DNA of 64,000 bases from Thermoanaerobaculia bacterium (GTDB lineage Bacteria > Acidobacteriota > Thermoanaerobaculia > Gp7-AA8). Position 1 is the first letter of the stretch. Each line of letters starts with the position of its first letter. The stretch lies in assembly GCA_035999335.1 (NCBI GenBank), contig DASYGV010000086.1, positions 66,991-130,990 on the forward strand, in the 5' to 3' direction. Below are positions 58,702 to 64,000 of the stretch, in pieces. The notes beneath the pieces were generated by a model that made no database searches, was not told the origin of the DNA, and saw only the letters and a list, made by a program, of their open reading frames with translations. A program made the position numbers and the translations under genes.

Positions 58702-59130
58702 ATGCCTCGTCTGCTGACGGCGTATCTCATGAAGGTGATCGTGGCGGGGTGCGTCGCGGTCACGGTGTTTGACGTCGGCGGTGCTCTCATCTCGAAGGCT
58801 ACTGGATTTGCATACGAATTCTTCGGCATCGGTTGCTTGTCGACCTTTTGCGCGATTGGCGTCTTTGCGGCGCGTCGAGGCACTCTTGCGTCCGCGGCGG
58901 CGGCCGGACTGATCGTCGCCTTGTACGATGCAACGGTTTGTTGGTGGATTGCGTGGCAAATCGGACCCGGTCGAATCGACGTCTCCGAGGGAACGACTGC
59001 AGCGGTCGCCGTGCCGCTCACTGCAATGTTCGCTGTTTCCGTCAACACCGCGATGTCGATCGGCGCCGCGGCAGTCTGGCAGAAACTCCGCGAACGTCGT
59101 CAAGCGGGCAGCGGGCAAGGTAGCGATTGA
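58702..59130 (+). CDS. hypothetical 4-TM membrane protein
   Basis: Hydrophobic helices only; no recognised family. Confidence 0.4.
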   Translation: MPRLLTAYLMKVIVAGCVAVTVFDVGGALISKATGFAYEFFGIGCLSTFCAIGVFAARRGTLASAAAAGLIVALYDATVCWWIAWQIGPGRIDVSEGTTAAVAVPLTAMFAVSVNTAMSIGAAAVWQKLRERRQAGSGQGSD

Positions 59131-59133
59131 CCC

Positions 59134-60063
59134 ATGAACGTTCTCGACGCAATCGGCAACACTTCGATGGTCCGCCTGCGCAAGGTCGTACCGACCAACT
59201 GCGCGGACATCTTCGTAAAGCTCGAGTGGGAGAACCCGACCGGCAGCGTCAAAGACCGGATGGCCCATGCCGTGATCTCGCGTGCGGAGGAGGACGGGCG
59301 GCTGAAGCCCGGTGACACCGTCGTCGAGTACACGGGCGGGAGCACGGGTGCATCGCTGGCTTTGGTATGCGCCGCAAAAGGGTATCGGATCAAGATCGTC
59401 AGCTCGGATGCGTTCAGTCCGGAAAAGCTCAATCAAATGGCGGCGCTCGGCGCGGAACTCACACTCGTCCCGAGCGAAGGCGGTCTGACCACGAAGAAGT
59501 TGATCCTCGACATGATCGAGGCCGCACGTGAGTTGAGCCGCGAACCGAACACGTACTGGACGGATCAGCTCAACAACCACGACAGCATCGCCGGCTACTA
59601 TCCGCTGGCCGAGGAGATCTGGAGCCAGACCAACGGACAGGTCGACGCCTTCGTTCATTGCGTCGGTACCGCGGCTTCTTCGCGCGGAGTCGCGACCGTA
59701 CTGAAGCGATACAAGCCGAGTGTGAGGATAGTCGTCGTCGAGCCGGGGGAATCGTCGGTGTTACTCGGCGGTCAGGCGGGGCCTCACAAGATCGAGGGCG
59801 TGGGCATCGGCTACACGCCCCCGCTTTGGGATCCGACGCTCGTGGACGAGATCGTTTCCGTCAAGACAGAAGACGCGAAAGAGATGGCGAGGCGCCTTGC
59901 GCGCGAGGAGGGTCTATTCGCCGGGACGTCTTCCGGTGCGAACGTCGTCGCCGCGATTCAGGTCGCGGAGCGGTTGGGACCACAAGCAAAAGTCGTCACG
60001 CTGATGGCCGACTCCGGACTGAAATATCTGAACACCGATGTGTACAGGAAGGTCAACACGTGA
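59134..60063 (+). CDS. cysteine synthase family PLP enzyme (CysK/CysM-like)
   Basis: PTGSVKDRMA (PLP-lysine) and the GTSSGAN glycine loop; 309 aa. Confidence 0.85.
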   Translation: MNVLDAIGNTSMVRLRKVVPTNCADIFVKLEWENPTGSVKDRMAHAVISRAEEDGRLKPGDTVVEYTGGSTGASLALVCAAKGYRIKIVSSDAFSPEKLNQMAALGAELTLVPSEGGLTTKKLILDMIEAARELSREPNTYWTDQLNNHDSIAGYYPLAEEIWSQTNGQVDAFVHCVGTAASSRGVATVLKRYKPSVRIVVVEPGESSVLLGGQAGPHKIEGVGIGYTPPLWDPTLVDEIVSVKTEDAKEMARRLAREEGLFAGTSSGANVVAAIQVAERLGPQAKVVTLMADSGLKYLNTDVYRKVNT

Positions 60064-60113
60064 GCTGAGGAACCTCCGTCGACGCTGCGCGTCTCATGTG
60101 CAGACAACCAATC

Positions 60114-60737
60114 ATGAGACGAATCCTTTTTCTCACTGCTCTTCTCCTTTGCTGCAGTTCGGTGTGGGCCGACGACGTCTTAGACGACCGCTGGCGCATC
60201 AGCATTCTTGCTGCCGGGATTTCAACCGAAGCGAACGAGTTCGCCGGTCAGCGAGTGCAAGACGCCCACGCCGGCATCGCCGTCGGAGTCGCTTATGCAC
60301 CGGCACCACAATGGGACGTCGAAATGACCGTCGCTTCGCAGACCCACCGGTCGCCGTACACTCGCTATTTCTATCTTCCAGGGCCCGACGGCACGCCGGG
60401 ACAAGTCTTTCCGGGGACGGAATTTCGCGAGTATCGCGTGATGCCCGTCGATCTATCGGTCACGCGCCACTTCCTGGTCGATCGGCCGATTGCACCGTAT
60501 GTGCGTGCCGGCGTGCGGTACGTCAATGCGCCCGACGATCCGTCTCCGACGCTGTGCTGCGTGCATGAAGGATTCGGCGTCGACGACCGCACGAGCGCAC
60601 AAGCCGGCGCGGGCGTTCGCGTGCGACTGACACCGCGCACCGCGCTGCGGGCCGAAGCGACCCGCTTGCTCCGCTCGGAAGGGATCGATTTCGATCCGCT
60701 CACGCGTTACGCAATCGGCGTGAGCTGGCTGTTCTGA
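60114..60737 (+). CDS. outer-membrane beta-barrel protein (OmpW/OmpA-barrel-like)
   Basis: Signal peptide MRRILFLTALLLCCSSVWA. Alternating hydrophobic beta-strands; the C-terminal …YAIGVSWLF ends with an aromatic. Confidence 0.55.
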   Translation: MRRILFLTALLLCCSSVWADDVLDDRWRISILAAGISTEANEFAGQRVQDAHAGIAVGVAYAPAPQWDVEMTVASQTHRSPYTRYFYLPGPDGTPGQVFPGTEFREYRVMPVDLSVTRHFLVDRPIAPYVRAGVRYVNAPDDPSPTLCCVHEGFGVDDRTSAQAGAGVRVRLTPRTALRAEATRLLRSEGIDFDPLTRYAIGVSWLF

Positions 60738-60776
60738 GATGGAAGAGGACCGGCGCACGCGTGCGCCGGTCCCGGA

Positions 60777-61100
60777 TCACTCCGACTTTTTCTCAGCCGT
60801 GATCGATTCGACCGTGATGGTCTCTTCCTCGAGAGTTCCGACCACTTTCACCTTCTCGCCGAGGTGCGCCTTGGCGGCGGCCTGGTCGCTCAGCTTGTAG
60901 ACCTTCTCGTCCGCCGGGTTGTAGAACACGAGCGCGGCGCCATCCTCGGCGCACTTGAGCGCGCAGCTCTTGTGGCCCGACGACGCTCCCTTGGCGCCGC
61001 AGTGCTCGTCGGTGATCCAACCGGTCCACTCAGCCGCCTGCAGCGGCAACCCGACGACGATGACGACGGCGATCAGCGTGATGGTGAATTTACGAAGCAT
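60777..61100 (-). CDS. small secreted Cys/His-containing protein, hypothetical (possible metal-binding)
   Basis: Start MLRKFTITLIAVVIVVGLPLQA (signal peptide). HCGAKG…HKSCALKCAEDG. Confidence 0.45.
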   Translation of the reverse strand: MLRKFTITLIAVVIVVGLPLQAAEWTGWITDEHCGAKGASSGHKSCALKCAEDGAALVFYNPADEKVYKLSDQAAAKAHLGEKVKVVGTLEEETITVESITAEKKSE

Positions 61101-61174
61101 TGTCTTCCTCCGTGCTCGCGGTTCGTGCGGTTTTGGAAGACGGTAGTATACGCTTCGCCTCAGGAGCAATCGTC

Positions 61175-61726
61175 ATGAGCGAGATCCTTCTTCCCGAGCA
61201 ACAGCGTGCGATGGACTACCTCGCAAAGAAAGGGACGAACGCGCCCGCGGACAAATTGCGTCAGCAATTGGCAGACGCGTTCGCCGCCGTCGAACGCGCA
61301 TTCGATGACGTGCCGGACGAAAGGAGGAAGTCGGCTCCGACCGCTGGCAAGTGGTCCCCGCACGAGATCCTCGATCATCTCGTGTTGAGTCATGGTCCCG
61401 CCATCGAGCAGTTCGCGAGTCTTCTCGAGGGTGTCAGCCCGGGCGGGGTCGCCATCCCTGCCGACTTGCACAGGGACGAGCGTCCCGAGTGGAGCGAACT
61501 ACGCACGCAACTCGGCGACATCCATCGCCAGTTCCTGCGATTGATGGAATCCGCTTCCGACGATGTGCCGCTGGAAGCGAAAGCGGTCATCGAGATCGTC
61601 GTGAAGGTGGATTCGAAGCCGACGCACTGGTTCGAACGCATCGACTGGAAGGCGTTCATTCAAGGGATTCGCGTGCACACGGTCGAGCATCAGAAGCAGC
61701 TCGAGCGAACGATCGAGGCACTGTAA
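61175..61726 (+). CDS. DinB_2/YfiT-like superfamily protein
   Basis: WSPHEILDHLVLSH… and the C-terminal HTVEHQKQL histidines fit the DinB/YfiT four-helix-bundle metal-binding pattern. Confidence 0.55.
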   Translation: MSEILLPEQQRAMDYLAKKGTNAPADKLRQQLADAFAAVERAFDDVPDERRKSAPTAGKWSPHEILDHLVLSHGPAIEQFASLLEGVSPGGVAIPADLHRDERPEWSELRTQLGDIHRQFLRLMESASDDVPLEAKAVIEIVVKVDSKPTHWFERIDWKAFIQGIRVHTVEHQKQLERTIEAL

Positions 61727-63070
61727 TCAAGGCGGGCCGGCCGGTCCGTAGCAGGTCTGCTTGACACCGTTGCTACACGCACCCGTGGGACCGCTGAACT
61801 CGACGAGACTGCCGGCGAGGCTCACGTCGAAGAAGTCGCAGCGCCCCAGCGCCTGTCCCTGCCAGTTGTTTGGCGCGACCCATTCGAGGATCCACCGTTC
61901 GGACTTGGGTCCGATCTGCTTCGAATACCACAGTCGATAGTAGTGCGTTGCCGCTTTGTCGACGACGGTATAGAGCAGGTGCCCCTGCGGATTCTGACCG
62001 CGATACGTCCAGGTCCCGAAGTTGTCGACTTCCGGCCCGCCGTCCCGAGTGAACTTGCATTGATACTGATACGGTGCTCCGTTTTCCTCCGGCGTGACGG
62101 GCCGGGACTGGCGGCTGAACTCTTCCTGGTCGAGTTTTCCTTCCAGGCTACCCGTGCAGGATGAGCACGGAATGCCGGGCAGGCATCGCCAGCCGCAGAA
62201 ATCGCGCCTCGGCATCCAATACTCGCGAACGGTGTTCCGGAGGGTGTACACCTCCGAGCCGGAGACGGTCAGGTGCGGAGTTCCGGTCCGCCATCGTTCC
62301 GGTCCACGCTGACGTCCAAGGCTCGGCCCGCCGATGTTGTGGAGAATGGCCGGCCGGGAGGACCTCGAATATCGAGCCTGGTCCTTGTCGAAACAATCGC
62401 GAATATCGGATCCGGAGAAAGAGCATGCGGATGAATATGCGGAAAAACCCTCCCACGAACCATGACCGTTCTGGTCCGACGCGACGATGGGCGGGACGTT
62501 GACCGCCTGACCGACGACGCCCTTGATGTCTGTGGCGATGTTGTTGATGTGGATTCCAGTGACGTCCTTGTTCCCAGAGTGCCGCCAATAGATCCCGTGG
62601 TCGAGCGTCCAGGTCTTCAGGTCCAGACTGGAGAGGAAAAAGCGGACGTGTTCGCTGTCGCCATTATGACCGGCGAAGCCGACGTAGCTCTGACAGTCCT
62701 CCTCATACAAATAGAAATACGTGACGTTCACTCGCTTAACGCGTCCGTCGACGCGCCAGACATCGACGCCGTGTCCCACCGGCCGGACCTGCGCGTATAC
62801 GTACATGCGCGAGCAGCTTTCGTCTTCGTCGAGGAAATAGCTGGGATTCACTTTCTGAATGAGCTCATTCTCGACGGCGTCGTCCAGACAATCGCCGTCC
62901 GCGTCGCCGGAACAGACGCCGTTGAACGACGTGTGCGGAGCTACGGGGCCGTGGTTCTTCGCGAGCTCACTGCTCAGCAGAAACTGCAGATAGCCGGCGG
63001 ATGCTGAGCGAACGGTGAGCAGAAACAACACCACAGCGATGGTCCGAAGGACGCGCTTGCACGTCATGGC
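61727..63070 (-). CDS. secreted hypothetical protein (about 447 aa), lower GC
   Basis: Signal peptide MTCKRVLRTIAVVLFLLTVRSASA. GDADGDCLDDAVENE acidic Cys motif; many Trp/Tyr/Cys; GC about 58-60% against about 70% flanks. Confidence 0.5.
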   Translation of the reverse strand, partial: AMTCKRVLRTIAVVLFLLTVRSASAGYLQFLLSSELAKNHGPVAPHTSFNGVCSGDADGDCLDDAVENELIQKVNPSYFLDEDESCSRMYVYAQVRPVGHGVDVWRVDGRVKRVNVTYFYLYEEDCQSYVGFAGHNGDSEHVRFFLSSLDLKTWTLDHGIYWRHSGNKDVTGIHINNIATDIKGVVGQAVNVPPIVASDQNGHGSWEGFSAYSSACSFSGSDIRDCFDKDQARYSRSSRPAILHNIGGPSLGRQRGPERWRTGTPHLTVSGSEVYTLRNTVREYWMPRRDFCGWRCLPGIPCSSCTGSLEGKLDQEEFSRQSRPVTPEENGAPYQYQCKFTRDGGPEVDNFGTWTYRGQNPQGHLLYTVVDKAATHYYRLWYSKQIGPKSERWILEWVAPNNWQGQALGRCDFFDVSLAGSLVEFSGPTGACSNGVKQTCYGPAGPP

Positions 63071-63137
63071 GATCTCCTGTTGTACGGATGTCAGGAAGGA
63101 TACGCGGAATGACGGACGCAATCCAAATGCGGAACGC

Positions 63138-64000
63138 TCAGAGCCGCTTCACCACCGCTTCGCCCGCCGCCCGCGTCCCGAGGCTTCCTCCCAGATCGTG
63201 CGTCGTTTCGCCGGCCTGGATCGTCTCCGTCACCGCGCGCTCGATCAGCGCGGCTTCCGGCGCGAGCCCGAGGTACTCCAGCATCATCGCGGCGGTGAGG
63301 ATCGCGCCGAGAGGGTTCGCGACGTCCTTCCCCGCGTACTTCGGCGCGCTTCCGTGGATCGGCTCGAACAGCGACACGCGTCCCGGATGGATGTTGCCCG
63401 ACGCGGCGACGCCGAGGCCTCCCTGCAGCGCCGCACCGAGGTCGGTGACGATGTCGCCGAACATGTTGTTCGTCACGATCACGTCGAACATCTCCGGTGC
63501 GCGCACCATCTGCATCGTCAGCGCGTCGACGAACATGTGGAAGTGCTCGATCTCGGGATACCCCTTCCCCACGTCCTCGAACGCCCGCACCCACAGATCG
63601 CCGCCGAAACGCATGACGTTGTTCTTGTCCGACATGCACACCGACTTGCGCCCGTTCTTCTTCGCGAACTCGAACGCGTAGCGGATGATCCGCTCGACGC
63701 CGCGGCGCGTGGAGACGTCCTCCTGCACCGCGATCTCGTCCTGCGTCCCCTTCTTGAAGTTGCCGCCCATGCCGACGTACGCGCCTTCCGTGTTCTCGCG
63801 GAAGATCACGAAGTCGATCTCTTTCGTCCCCTTGCTCTTCAGCGGCGAGAGGCTGTCGTCGAGCAGCTTCACCGGGCGGTAGTTGACGAAGAGGTCGAGC
63901 TGGAAGCGCATGCCGAGGAGGATGTCGGCCGCGTGCTTCATGTCCGGCACGCGCGGATCGCCGAACGCGCCGAGGTAGACGGCGTCGTAGTTCACGCGGA
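63138..64000 (-). CDS. leuB: 3-isopropylmalate dehydrogenase, 5' partial (the N-terminus lies beyond the window end)
   Basis: C-terminal IMDH/IDH family motifs (NLFGDILSD-like MFGDIVTDLGAAL, GSAPKYAGKDVANPLGAILTAAMML). The ORF is still open at base 64000. Confidence 0.85.
   Translation of the reverse strand, partial: RVNYDAVYLGAFGDPRVPDMKHAADILLGMRFQLDLFVNYRPVKLLDDSLSPLKSKGTKEIDFVIFRENTEGAYVGMGGNFKKGTQDEIAVQEDVSTRRGVERIIRYAFEFAKKNGRKSVCMSDKNNVMRFGGDLWVRAFEDVGKGYPEIEHFHMFVDALTMQMVRAPEMFDVIVTNNMFGDIVTDLGAALQGGLGVAASGNIHPGRVSLFEPIHGSAPKYAGKDVANPLGAILTAAMMLEYLGLAPEAALIERAVTETIQAGETTHDLGGSLGTRAAGEAVVKRL

Overview
This is a 64 kb, high-GC (about 68-70% by eye) bacterial chromosomal segment with dense, mostly minus-strand operons. 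I read about 75 protein genes and one tRNA-Leu(CAA).

Housekeeping and core content:
- A TPR-TonB-ExbB-ExbD-ExbD energy-transduction operon.
- A BMP-family nucleoside ABC transporter operon with a GH25 muramidase at its tail.
- ribBA and a tryptophan 2,3-dioxygenase gene.
- Acyl-CoA metabolism genes: a thiolase, two crotonases, a 3-hydroxyacyl-CoA dehydrogenase and a BCCP-less biotin carboxylase.
- Two tandem S8 subtilases, a HisKA_3/NarL two-component pair, and leuA-like and leuB genes.
- A PRPP synthase, YebC, a cysteine synthase and a TonB-dependent receptor.
- The gene set (GWxTD protein, TonB-ExbB-ExbD-ExbD arrangement, many Arg-rich spurious antisense ORFs) fits an Acidobacteriota-like soil bacterium. 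That is inference only.

The non-ordinary signals are:
1. A roughly 1.17 kb lower-GC insertion into the 3' end of a dedA gene. It carries a TIR-domain gene and a 13-copy 21-bp tandem repeat (a heptad-repeat acidic ORF), and is bracketed by a diverged duplicate of the dedA 3' end.
2. A second TIR-like small protein in another lower-GC pocket.
3. A conserved but uncharacterised polyamine-linked membrane module (AdoMetDC, a double DUF4178 protein, DUF350, a membrane-anchored SpeE, an FAD oxidoreductase). It lies divergent to an SPFH (YdjI-like) plus zinc-ribbon (YdjG-like) pair, which is Psp-associated equipment with no PspA in the window.
4. An accessory island (about 41.0-46.8 kb) of small lower-GC genes (ankyrin/HEAT, LRR, DUF2200, two VOC genes, lipoproteins), in which the LRR gene is flanked by about 100-bp direct repeats.
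5. An unusual family of intergenic palindromes built from tandem 7-8-mer units. Several of them run into gene termini and supply coding sequence.
6. An M23 peptidase and a bactofilin-like gene coupled by an ATGA overlap (a Csd1/CcmA-like cell-shape pair).

No CRISPR array, IS element or rRNA was seen.
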